Below, one piece after another: positions 8,194 to 16,392 of a stretch of DNA of 39,014 bases; position 1 is the stretch's first letter; each line of letters starts with the position of its first letter. Made by a program: the position numbers and the translations under genes. The notes under the pieces are model-generated. The model did no database searches. It was not told the origin of the DNA and worked only from the letters and a program-made list of their open reading frames with translations. Source of the DNA: a virus (lineage: Duplodnaviria > Caudoviricetes); IMG/VR virus record IMGVR_UViG_3300024246_000003, positions 1-39,014 of that record. One strand, written 5' to 3'.

Positions 8194-8222
8194 TTTATAT
8201 TCGTCTTTTATTCGCCTGTCAA
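8194..8222 (-). promoter_or_regulatory. Putative sigma70-type promoter overlapping endolysin stop
   Basis: TTGACA-17 nt-TATAAA; ATG 8183 follows with no SD. Confidence 0.6.
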
Positions 8223-8678
8223 CGGAAAAATCTCATCCCACACAGCTTTTAACCCTTGTGTTGCGAATATCTCGCGCATGGCGTCCGATGGGCCTGCGGG
8301 CAGCTCTTGTGGGTAAAAGTGCGGATAATCCGGTTGAACGTGCGTCCAATGTGCGCCCTCTTCAAGCCCGCAAGTCAGCCCCTTAGCCAGCATCTCCTGC
8401 CAATTTGTGTCACTTGCGTCCCAATCCGGCTTGCCTTCAATCATCGGAGCGAGGTCAACAGCGAGGCCGAAGTTGTGCATAGACTGCCCGCCCTGAGCGT
8501 TTGTGACGATGCGCCCCGGCGCTGTGCGGCCTTGAGCGTACAGAGCATCTTGCTCGGCGTAGGTTCTTAGCCCCTGTACCACGCGAATAGGGAAATCAAG
8601 CATGTCCGCAAGTTGGCGGACGCGCCTTGAGAGTTCCGGGTGTATTAGTTCTAGCCGCGCTTCAGAGATGGCATCCAT
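8208..8678 (-). CDS. Endolysin, M15-family (L-Ala-D-Glu type) peptidase
   Basis: GLRTYAEQDALYAQGRT...TNAQGGQSMHNFGLAVD...DYPHF (SxH..D, DxxH motifs). Confidence 0.92.
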   Translation of the reverse strand: MDAISEARLELIHPELSRRVRQLADMLDFPIRVVQGLRTYAEQDALYAQGRTAPGRIVTNAQGGQSMHNFGLAVDLAPMIEGKPDWDASDTNWQEMLAKGLTCGLEEGAHWTHVQPDYPHFYPQELPAGPSDAMREIFATQGLKAVWDEIFPLTGE

Positions 8679-8764
8679 AAGTAACTGGGGCGGCAAGCGC
8701 CAAGCAAACCGCCCCTAACGTGGTTAACGCTTCCTCCTTCTGCGTGGGCTGAGTGGCACTCACG

Positions 8765-8926
8765 CTAACCCTTTTTGCCGTGGTTCTTAGGATAGGCCTC
8801 AAGAGCCGCTTTGGCTTTAGCCAGGCACTCCTTGCACGGCTTCAATATCTCCACGTTCCCAAGCCGGTAATAGTCCGCGTCCTTTGGCAGGATTTCCTTG
8901 CCGCAGCCTCCGCATTCAAGCCTCAA
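8765..8926 (-). CDS. Zn-finger microprotein, about 53 aa (absent from ORF track)
   Basis: LRLECGGCGKEI...KPCKECLAK; start codon uncertain. Confidence 0.6.
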   Translation of the reverse strand: MRLECGGCGKEILPKDADYYRLGNVEILKPCKECLAKAKAALEAYPKNHGKKG

Positions 8927-9467
8927 CGGGCACCGCCCGCAAGCGATATGCCAGCCAGCTAAAGCAGCAAATGCCTAGCGCCGGGGGTACGAGCCAGTTG
9001 ATTTCCTCCCATTCCTTCCAGTTTAGTGTCCAGCCGAACGAGTAGCCAGCCTGCACCAGCCAGAACACCGCCAAAGGGAATATCAGGTCAGGCCGCTTCA
9101 CGTAAGGGGCCAGGAAGGCGGTCAGCGTGCCCGCCCAAGCAAGAATGAAGCCCTCGGCTAGGGAGATAGCCAGATAGCCGCTGACGGGCTTAGGACCGCC
9201 CAGATAGGCCAGTTTGGTGAGTGAAGCGGCCAGAATGAACGTAATCCCAGCAGCTCGGAGCCTCCAATGCCTAGTCCTTAGGCAATCTAGCGTTATGTGG
9301 CAAACACACCACAGAATCATCGCTGTGAAGAACGTATAGATGGCCGCGTACTGCCAGGACCAGTCACCGTACCAGGAATGACCCACCCATACGAATGGGA
9401 TATAAACTAGTACGGCCCACAGGTACCGTTCTATGTTAGCTGGCGCTCTTTGCCGAATCGCCAGCAT
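8916..9467 (-). CDS. Multi-pass membrane protein (about 6 TM)
   Basis: Repeated hydrophobic segments of about 20 aa; start uncertain (9467-9515). Confidence 0.75.
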   Translation of the reverse strand: MLAIRQRAPANIERYLWAVLVYIPFVWVGHSWYGDWSWQYAAIYTFFTAMILWCVCHITLDCLRTRHWRLRAAGITFILAASLTKLAYLGGPKPVSGYLAISLAEGFILAWAGTLTAFLAPYVKRPDLIFPLAVFWLVQAGYSFGWTLNWKEWEEINWLVPPALGICCFSWLAYRLRAVPVEA

Positions 9468-9627
9468 CAGGCTTGCTGCCACTAGGATTCCAGTCAAGTG
9501 TCCCTGCCTGTCCAATCTGATTCTTGAGATACGCGATGTCCTCCGGCGCTGCCTTGAAGGTCACCGTGTCGTTTCTGACGCTAACAACCGTTGCCGGGAA
9601 ATGCCCCGGATGTCCACCTACTCCCAT
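9436..9627 (-). CDS. Hypothetical protein
   Basis: GAGGGA SD; follows upstream stop by 1 nt. Confidence 0.6.
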   Translation of the reverse strand: MGVGGHPGHFPATVVSVRNDTVTFKAAPEDIAYLKNQIGQAGTLDWNPSGSKPDAGDSAKSAS

Positions 9628-9628
9628 T

Positions 9629-9850
9629 TTATCCCTCAGTTCTCCAGCCGTGGCCGTTGATACGCCCCTTGATTCGGGCTACATCCTCTCGGACTTTCAC
9701 GAGGTCTTTGCGCGACTCTTCCGCTGTCTCTTTGGCCTCGTCCACCAGTGTCCGGTACTTTCCAAAGTAAATACCTATGATGAGCAGGTTGACCGCCCCG
9801 CTCCCTACGATGCCAGCAACCCCAATCGCTATTGCGGTCCACGGAGTCAT
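9629..9850 (-). CDS. Single-TM plus coiled-coil protein (holin-like/lysis accessory)
   Basis: N-terminal hydrophobic helix then VKVREDVARIKGRING. Confidence 0.7.
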   Translation of the reverse strand: MTPWTAIAIGVAGIVGSGAVNLLIIGIYFGKYRTLVDEAKETAEESRKDLVKVREDVARIKGRINGHGWRTEG

Positions 9851-9867
9851 GGGCTGGATGGCCTTTC

Positions 9868-10263
9868 TTAGCTGCTCGTCTCGTTTCTATCCACAACGCG
9901 CTGCTTCGCTTCATGCTCCGCCAGCTTATCCTTCGCCCTGTTTAGTTCTTCAAGATTTTCCTGTGATGGGTCCTTTTCATAGATATGCGCGGACTTGGCC
10001 ACGATGAGCGCTAGAGCTATCCCGTACTGGCTGTTCACGAGCGTATGCGTCTTTTCGGCCAGGATTAAGATTTGCCCTTGCTGGACTGTGGCCTCCGCGA
10101 CCTTTACGGCCACTTTCGCCGCTTTATCCGCTACGACATCCAACTTGACTTCCGCTCGCCTGGCAATCTTGATGTTCACCAGCGCATTGATGGCCGGGGG
10201 CACGGTCACAATAACCGCTGTCATCACGGCAAACCAGCCTGCGGGGACGCTCTCGGTAATCAT
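9868..10263 (-). CDS. Single-TM plus coiled-coil protein
   Basis: N-terminal TM; KTHTLVNSQ motif typical of lysis-module hypotheticals. Confidence 0.7.
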   Translation of the reverse strand: MITESVPAGWFAVMTAVIVTVPPAINALVNIKIARRAEVKLDVVADKAAKVAVKVAEATVQQGQILILAEKTHTLVNSQYGIALALIVAKSAHIYEKDPSQENLEELNRAKDKLAEHEAKQRVVDRNETSS

Positions 10264-10399
10264 TTTGTGATTGCTTTCTTTTTCCGCGTTGCTCTTTCCG
10301 CAAGATGACGCGCCAATATGGTTTCCACTTCATGCTCCCTGATATAAAGCTGCAAGGCGTGCATGAGCCGATTCTCCAGGCTTGTGAGCTTTGCGGGCT

Positions 10400-11359
10400 T
10401 CATTGCGAGTAAATATCCAATCCCCGAGGGACAAAAGTCACGGAGTCCAGCCGGAAAACGACATTGATGCTGCTCTTGCCAGCGAACATGATGTTGGACA
10501 CGCTGTTCGTGAAGCTAGGCGTGATGGCGTTGCCGCTCGCATCGGACACGCCAAGCGTTACGTTGACGAATGCCGGGGTGATGTTGACCGGCCCCGAGCA
10601 GCTAAACTCTCCGTTGGTGTTGACCGTGCCAGAGCAGATTGCCGCTCCGTCCTGCGAGAGATTCAGCACCGCTCCTGAGAAGATGCCCATGTCCCTGGTC
10701 GAGTCGTCTGTCTTGTCGCACTTCGCGCAAAGCATAAAGCGTACAGGGAACGTGAAGGTCACAAAGTTGGGCGGAATGGAAGAGACGCTGGTAAGGGTGA
10801 TGTTATCGAAGATGGTCTGATTCGCGCCGCTCGTGAGCGACACAAAGAGATTTCCGGCCACGGGGACAGCCGTTCCTATCGTGCAGGATAGCGTCTGTTG
10901 CACTAGCGTGCCACGCACCGTAAGAGCTGTTCCGCCAGCGGAACAGCCGGGGATAAGCGTTGTGCCGATGAGCAGATTGGCCGAATAGACTGTTGGAATG
11001 GGGAAGTTCGACTGGCTGCCTACGCTGAATTTGAGCGTGTAAGTGGTGTTGATGGCGGGCACGATGGCCAAATCCTGCGTGCAGCCAGCTGATTGCATCC
11101 ATAGCACTAGCTTGCCGTCTACCGGTGTGGACGCTGGAACAATGCGCCCTCTCGCCGTTCCTGTGCATGTCCAGCCGGGCGGGGCTAGGTAGTCGTAAGT
11201 CCCTGTCGGCGGGCTGTCCTCAAACGAAGGATTGACGATGGTAACGGGCGTAGAAGTCTGCGCCACAACGATGCAGCTATTGCAGTCGTTGACCAGTTCC
11301 TGCCCGAACAGCGGCCACGCTAGAACGATGGCAATGGCGAGTGCAAATTCTCGTAACAT
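10400..11359 (-). CDS. Signal-peptide-bearing beta-sandwich (carbohydrate-binding-like) protein, 319 aa
   Basis: GAAGGGAAG then ATG 11359; MLREFALAIAIVLAWPLFG|Q; IVNPSFE...PPGW...IFDNITL jelly-roll-like signature; 10 Cys. Confidence 0.8.
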   Translation of the reverse strand: MLREFALAIAIVLAWPLFGQELVNDCNSCIVVAQTSTPVTIVNPSFEDSPPTGTYDYLAPPGWTCTGTARGRIVPASTPVDGKLVLWMQSAGCTQDLAIVPAINTTYTLKFSVGSQSNFPIPTVYSANLLIGTTLIPGCSAGGTALTVRGTLVQQTLSCTIGTAVPVAGNLFVSLTSGANQTIFDNITLTSVSSIPPNFVTFTFPVRFMLCAKCDKTDDSTRDMGIFSGAVLNLSQDGAAICSGTVNTNGEFSCSGPVNITPAFVNVTLGVSDASGNAITPSFTNSVSNIMFAGKSSINVVFRLDSVTFVPRGLDIYSQ

Positions 11360-11622
11360 TTCTTCCCTTCGTACACAAAAACGAATGTCGGCCTGTCCAG
11401 TTCCAAAGTATTGACTACCGTCAAGCTGCGAATAAACTCTTGCGTCCGCGTATCTATCCTGGCTCTCATTCCCATGCGCCAGTTGCGCTCGTTCTCGTTT
11501 GCCCTGGTGATGTCCACGCGCCTCCAGTAGCGAGCCTTCTTTTGCGCGGACTTGTGCGCTGCGCGGCGTCTGTCCGATTCCCGCTTGCAAATCCTTTCCC
11601 GTTCTTGGTCAGCGTAGGGCAT
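11320..11622 (-). CDS. Basic hypothetical protein resembling endonuclease-associated helical N-termini
   Basis: GGAG, ATG 11622; MPYADQERERICKRESDRRR... Confidence 0.6.
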   Translation of the reverse strand: MPYADQERERICKRESDRRRAAHKSAQKKARYWRRVDITRANENERNWRMGMRARIDTRTQEFIRSLTVVNTLELDRPTFVFVYEGKKCYENLHSPLPSF

Positions 11623-11674
11623 CACGGCTCCGCAGGCAGGGCAAAGAGAAGCGCGAGGAGGATGGTGAAGGGTT

Positions 11675-13786
11675 TCATATATTTGAGAAGTCCACAACAT
11701 ATTGCGGAATTGTGCTGCAACCCGTGCTGGCCAAGACGCTAGTCGTAACAAAGGTGATGGCCGTGTTGATGTCTGCGTGAACAGGAATACTGGTATAAAG
11801 GTTAGATGTACCCGTTGCGCCAACTCCCGAGATCGTCAAAGTTCCAAGCGCAGGTATTCCACCGCTGCCCGTGGATTGCACGACTCCGCCAGAAGTCCAC
11901 GAAAGGACGCCGTTTACGGTATTGCTTGCGACGCTGCACCCTACCCCAAGAGTTGTTTGCCGGAATCCTATTTTGATGTCATAGGTTACGGCTTGTGGAC
12001 TGGCAGCGACGATAGTTTGCGTTGTGAGATTGGCTCCGAAGTTCGTAGCCGCCGAGGCGCTGTTCGTGGCTGCGGACCCGCCACCGATAGGTACGTACTT
12101 CCCGGTAAACTGCGTAAGGGGACCAGAGAAACTATTACCTGCACGGTCATTGAATGTAGCCGTACCAGACAGAGAGAAACCGGAGACGTTGCTGCCAAGC
12201 TGCGTCCCGCTCATATCCACAACCGTGCCGCTGTTCGTGAATTGAGCGGTAGCGAAACTTCCCTGGTTGGCGGAAATGACGTTCCCGAACACGTACCACG
12301 TAGCAGCCGCCCCGTTGTCGGAAATTGCGCCCTTGGTCCCTCCACCACCTGTCACGTTAATGCTATTCCCAACTAATACGACCGTCGCGCCGCTGCCGCT
12401 GACTACGCCCTGTTGCGTTTGGGTAATGTAATTGTTAGTTAAATTGCAGAAAGTCGTGGATGTGCATGTAACGGCCTGCTGGATATTGTTGAACGCGAGA
12501 ATGGAATCATCCAAAGTGTTTGGACCTTGGCCGTTCATCGACACGCCATTGATGGTTGCCGTTCCCCCGGAAACAAAATTCTGTAGGTTTATTTTGTGAA
12601 AGTGGCTTTCTCCCGAAGCATTATTTACAGCGGTAACTGTGGCGGAGCTTGCGAATCCAAGAGATTGCATGACGACGTTGTATACGCCATTGAACCCGTT
12701 GATGACGTTATAGCTTTGACCTGCCGTAGTTGGCAGTTGTCCTCCCAGGGAAGTCAGAAAGATGTTGCTGATTGTTGATTGTCCCCCCAACCCAGAGAGA
12801 GTAATAAACCCCGTACCGGAACTTGAAAAGAAACTGGCAAAAATCTGCCCTCCAGCACCAAGGGTTGCAACGATGTTCGGGTGCAAGATGAAGTGTGAGC
12901 CGTTTGTTCCGATACAACCGGAGATGTCAGCATTTTGCGTGAAAGGGTCATTTCCAGTTACGACGAATGGAGGCACTTCCACAATCATATTTCCACAAGG
13001 AATCGCAAGGGTTTTACGTGCAGCAAAAGCGGCAGCGTAGGCACTCACCAGTGCGGCACCGTCCGCTGTCCCGATTCCCCAATCTTCCGTTCCGCTGTTG
13101 TTTGCGTTAACTGAGGTCGTCCAGCTCGTTCCACTGCATCCCGTCACGGTTGCCAGTCCAGTGCCAAAGATATATGCGTGGGTTGAGTGGTTCACAGCAA
13201 CAATGAGTTTCCCTGCATCGCCAGCGGAACAGCTTTGGTTCGCGCTGGTGAAAAGCGCTATTCCATTCGTAGAGCTACCATCATTGCCGGTTATTGCATC
13301 AGCCTTCACATTGTATGGAGCTTGTGTGGGGTCGAGCTGCCCTGCACTCACTGACGTTATGCCCCCGCCTGAGCTGGTGCCGCCTATCTGATTAACCACC
13401 GTTGCTGGCCCGCTGGCAGTAATCGTGACCGCCGCCGAGCCGGTCATGGCTGCTGAGCCGCGCACACGCGCATCGGTAATCCCCGGAGTGAGAGCGGAAG
13501 TGTAGAGCGTATTGGCTGTCGTGGTGGTGACGCTCGTCCATGTAGCTTGATTGTCGCCGGATTGCTCAATCGTCAGCGTGCCTGTCCATGTCCCGCTTAT
13601 CGTCACCGAATAGCCTACGTTCGATGTAGCCATGTGCAGCACGACGCAGGAAGCGGCAAAGCAGGAGGCGCTGTTGGTGGATATAGCGCCCGTCGAGGAC
13701 GATGCTGGCGTGAGCGGCCCGCCTTGAGCATATAGGTTGCTGCCTAGCGCCAGCAGGAGAATCAGTATTGCTAGTTTTGTTTTCAT
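11675..13786 (-). CDS. Tailspike-like beta-helix protein with N-terminal signal peptide
   Basis: GTADGAALVSAYAAA...LAIPCGNMIV helix-cap motif, Asn/Gly/Thr-rich coils; MKTKLAILILLLALGSNLYA|Q. Confidence 0.8.
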   Translation of the reverse strand: MKTKLAILILLLALGSNLYAQGGPLTPASSSTGAISTNSASCFAASCVVLHMATSNVGYSVTISGTWTGTLTIEQSGDNQATWTSVTTTTANTLYTSALTPGITDARVRGSAAMTGSAAVTITASGPATVVNQIGGTSSGGGITSVSAGQLDPTQAPYNVKADAITGNDGSSTNGIALFTSANQSCSAGDAGKLIVAVNHSTHAYIFGTGLATVTGCSGTSWTTSVNANNSGTEDWGIGTADGAALVSAYAAAFAARKTLAIPCGNMIVEVPPFVVTGNDPFTQNADISGCIGTNGSHFILHPNIVATLGAGGQIFASFFSSSGTGFITLSGLGGQSTISNIFLTSLGGQLPTTAGQSYNVINGFNGVYNVVMQSLGFASSATVTAVNNASGESHFHKINLQNFVSGGTATINGVSMNGQGPNTLDDSILAFNNIQQAVTCTSTTFCNLTNNYITQTQQGVVSGSGATVVLVGNSINVTGGGGTKGAISDNGAAATWYVFGNVISANQGSFATAQFTNSGTVVDMSGTQLGSNVSGFSLSGTATFNDRAGNSFSGPLTQFTGKYVPIGGGSAATNSASAATNFGANLTTQTIVAASPQAVTYDIKIGFRQTTLGVGCSVASNTVNGVLSWTSGGVVQSTGSGGIPALGTLTISGVGATGTSNLYTSIPVHADINTAITFVTTSVLASTGCSTIPQYVVDFSNI

Positions 13787-13804
13787 GGCCTCGGAACACT
13801 CCAG

Positions 13805-15259
13805 TTAATAAGCATGGCAACTCACTCTCCAAATATCGCTAGCCGTAGGAGCTGTCGCCACTGCCACATCGCTATAATTCACAAGCACTACCTGCGTAGC
13901 CGTGCTGCTCAACTGCTTCTGAAGGAACACGCTGGTCGAATTCGTGGTTATGTCCGTCACGAAGCAGTTCCAACCAGTAGTTGCTGTTGGGAGAGTTACA
14001 GTACAGCCTCCAGCAGTAGGCGTAGTCCCTACGTTTATGTTGAAAGAGGCTGTTCCGTTTTGATTCGGGATGGATGCCGCTGCACCGCCACATCCTGCTG
14101 CTGCGATGGTGGGCGCGGTAGAGGAAATAAGAAGATTTGGGGTTATCGGCACTGGACCGCTGGCATCAGGGAATGAGTAAATGCGATTGGCGGTATTGGC
14201 GTGAACAAATCGGCCCTCAGCAGCCGTTGAGCCAGTTACTTGAAAGCCCCAAGATGGACGGTTGGTTTGCGTTCTGTCGGTGATGTTGAAAACAGTTACT
14301 GCGCTTTGCTCGCCAAGCCACCAAGTGTGCCCGCCAGCATGAGTATCGGCCAACTCCATCGCTTCATTATTACTGATCGTGTCTGCCCGTTGACTGATGC
14401 AAGGAAGCGCTCCGGTACAAAGGTAACTAGCCTGGCCGTCAAATTCCGCAGCGCCTTTGGCCCATAACGACAAATTATTTGATGTCCCGGCGTTCTGTGC
14501 GTCGAACACCCCGCCGTACACATTTGTCCATATGCCGGTTCCTGAGTTGACCATCGTTGGAGCGTAGAAACCGAACGCATTGCTTACGTTGGTGGTTGAT
14601 GCCACCGCGCCGCGCATGTAAGAAACCGTGCAGAACACTTGGGAAATCGTACTGCCAGTCGAAGCGATGGTGCAGACGTTTTCAGAGGATTGCAGTGCGG
14701 CGCTCGCACCCCAGGAAGTAATCGCTCCAGTGGACTGCACTTCCGGGGAAATAGCATCCATCGCATTGGCAGCGGGCATAGCGCCGCTAAAGCGATGGAC
14801 GAAATACGCTCCCACGCTGCTCCCTGCGGGACTAGGGTCGTTGTCCTGAACGCGCAGCCAGGAGTGGATGGGCGTTGCGCTGGTGTTGTTCCAGAAGATT
14901 CCAGATTGCACTCCGGGGTCTACTTGCCCGTTGAAGTACCAGACTTGCACTTTAGGATTTGTGGGAATCGTCGTGCAAGCTGCGCCCGCATATGTGCTCG
15001 GCACAATTACCAGCGCCCTGCCGCTTCCCCCGGCTTGCGTTACTGCCGCCGCTACCGCCGCATCGCAAGTTGTATACTGCACGCCATCTACGGAAAGGAC
15101 GCTATTCCAATTCCCAATTGTCACGGAGTTCGTGAACGTCTCTGTCCCGCTGTGGGTGTTGTTCGCCGTCGTAGTGCATGGGAGGTTGGCGGCACAAAAA
15201 GTATTCGTCTGCGCCATCGCCGGGGAAGCCAGCAAAAGTAAAATAAGCAATCGTTTCAT
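13805..15259 (-). CDS. Tail fibre-like protein with N-terminal signal peptide
   Basis: Thr/Ala/Ser-rich beta protein in tail module; MKRLLILLLLASPAMA|Q. Confidence 0.75.
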   Translation of the reverse strand: MKRLLILLLLASPAMAQTNTFCAANLPCTTTANNTHSGTETFTNSVTIGNWNSVLSVDGVQYTTCDAAVAAAVTQAGGSGRALVIVPSTYAGAACTTIPTNPKVQVWYFNGQVDPGVQSGIFWNNTSATPIHSWLRVQDNDPSPAGSSVGAYFVHRFSGAMPAANAMDAISPEVQSTGAITSWGASAALQSSENVCTIASTGSTISQVFCTVSYMRGAVASTTNVSNAFGFYAPTMVNSGTGIWTNVYGGVFDAQNAGTSNNLSLWAKGAAEFDGQASYLCTGALPCISQRADTISNNEAMELADTHAGGHTWWLGEQSAVTVFNITDRTQTNRPSWGFQVTGSTAAEGRFVHANTANRIYSFPDASGPVPITPNLLISSTAPTIAAAGCGGAAASIPNQNGTASFNINVGTTPTAGGCTVTLPTATTGWNCFVTDITTNSTSVFLQKQLSSTATQVVLVNYSDVAVATAPTASDIWRVSCHAY

Positions 15260-16392
15260 CAGAGCGGCCCTTCTAAGCGGATATGAATGGCATACTGCAT
15301 CGAAGTTGCCCCGCTCGTGGCATAGCCAGAAGTCGAATAGCTTATAGAGATTCCAGACTTGGCGTAAAAGGATGCGATACCTACCGGGCCGACAATGGCT
15401 CCAACCGTATTGGCACCGCTGCTGGTTGTGAGTTGCTGGGTTTCAGAAACGGTGGAATCGGCATCCGTGTAGAACACATTGCAGCTCGGAGAACTAGAAC
15501 TAACTGTCGCAGCTTGAGTAACTACCACGTAGCAGGAGAAACGATAGAAGCCATTGGCCCCAGGCGTAATAATGGGCGTCGAGGAAATGTTCGCGCCCTG
15601 CGCTGTAAGATTTATTGCCGCAGCGATAGGCGTGAAGGCCGATGCGCAGCCTGTAGTCGTTGCTCCGGCCTGTGCATCGTCGCAAAGGAGCGCCCCAACA
15701 ACCCCCGAATTCACTCCCGAAGTAAGAACCTTGCTGTCCGTTCCCTGAACTCCGGTCCCCGTAGCGGCTCCATTGATAATCGGAGTCGTGAGCGTCGGAG
15801 TTGTCAGTGCCGGGCTTGTTAGCGTTTTGTTGAGCAGCGTGTCCGTGGTTGCGCGGCCCACCAGCGTATCCGCCGTGCTTGGGGCATTGATTACTATGTT
15901 TCCTGCCGGAGCCGGGAAGTTCAGCGTGGTCTGGTTTCCGCCAGTGCCGATAACAAGCTGGTTGCTGTTCGGCGTAATAGTCACTGGCAGAGAGAAGGTA
16001 TTCGCAGCCGTCCAGGTATTGGCAAGATTCAGCAATCCAAGTACGCCTGTAATGTTGTCTACCGTCCATTGCGTGACGCCAGAAGCGCAATTCACGCCCC
16101 CGGTAGAGACTATCTTGAACTTGAAAGCCGCGTTCGGTATCCAGATGTCAGCAAAACCACCGGCGTTCAAGATAATCGGATTCGTGTTTGTGGCTGTGCC
16201 AGTCGAGTCAACGTAAGTGGTTGCGGGGTTCGTGGTGCCCGCCTGGTAGGTGAAAACACACCCGGAAGCGAGCGGGCTGCCTGCGTTGCTTAGAAATTGG
16301 ATATGCGGAACTGGCGTAAGGGATACAGGCACTTGCGCAAATGAGACGAGCGGGAGTAGCAAGAATAAAAAACATGAGAGTTTTTTCATCAT
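15259..16392 (-). CDS. Tail fibre with virion-attachment-type domain, preceded by signal peptide
   Basis: QFLSNAGSPLASGCVFTYQAGTTNPATTYVDSTG...NTNPIILNAGG resembles N-terminal head-binding domains of podophage tailspikes; TDTLLNKTLTSP fibre motif. Confidence 0.85.
   Translation of the reverse strand: MMKKLSCFLFLLLPLVSFAQVPVSLTPVPHIQFLSNAGSPLASGCVFTYQAGTTNPATTYVDSTGTATNTNPIILNAGGFADIWIPNAAFKFKIVSTGGVNCASGVTQWTVDNITGVLGLLNLANTWTAANTFSLPVTITPNSNQLVIGTGGNQTTLNFPAPAGNIVINAPSTADTLVGRATTDTLLNKTLTSPALTTPTLTTPIINGAATGTGVQGTDSKVLTSGVNSGVVGALLCDDAQAGATTTGCASAFTPIAAAINLTAQGANISSTPIITPGANGFYRFSCYVVVTQAATVSSSSPSCNVFYTDADSTVSETQQLTTSSGANTVGAIVGPVGIASFYAKSGISISYSTSGYATSGATSMQYAIHIRLEGPL

Noticed and set aside
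10400-11590. 396-aa version of the secreted beta-sandwich protein
   Set aside because: The extension overlaps another ORF; SD and signal peptide indicate a start at 11359
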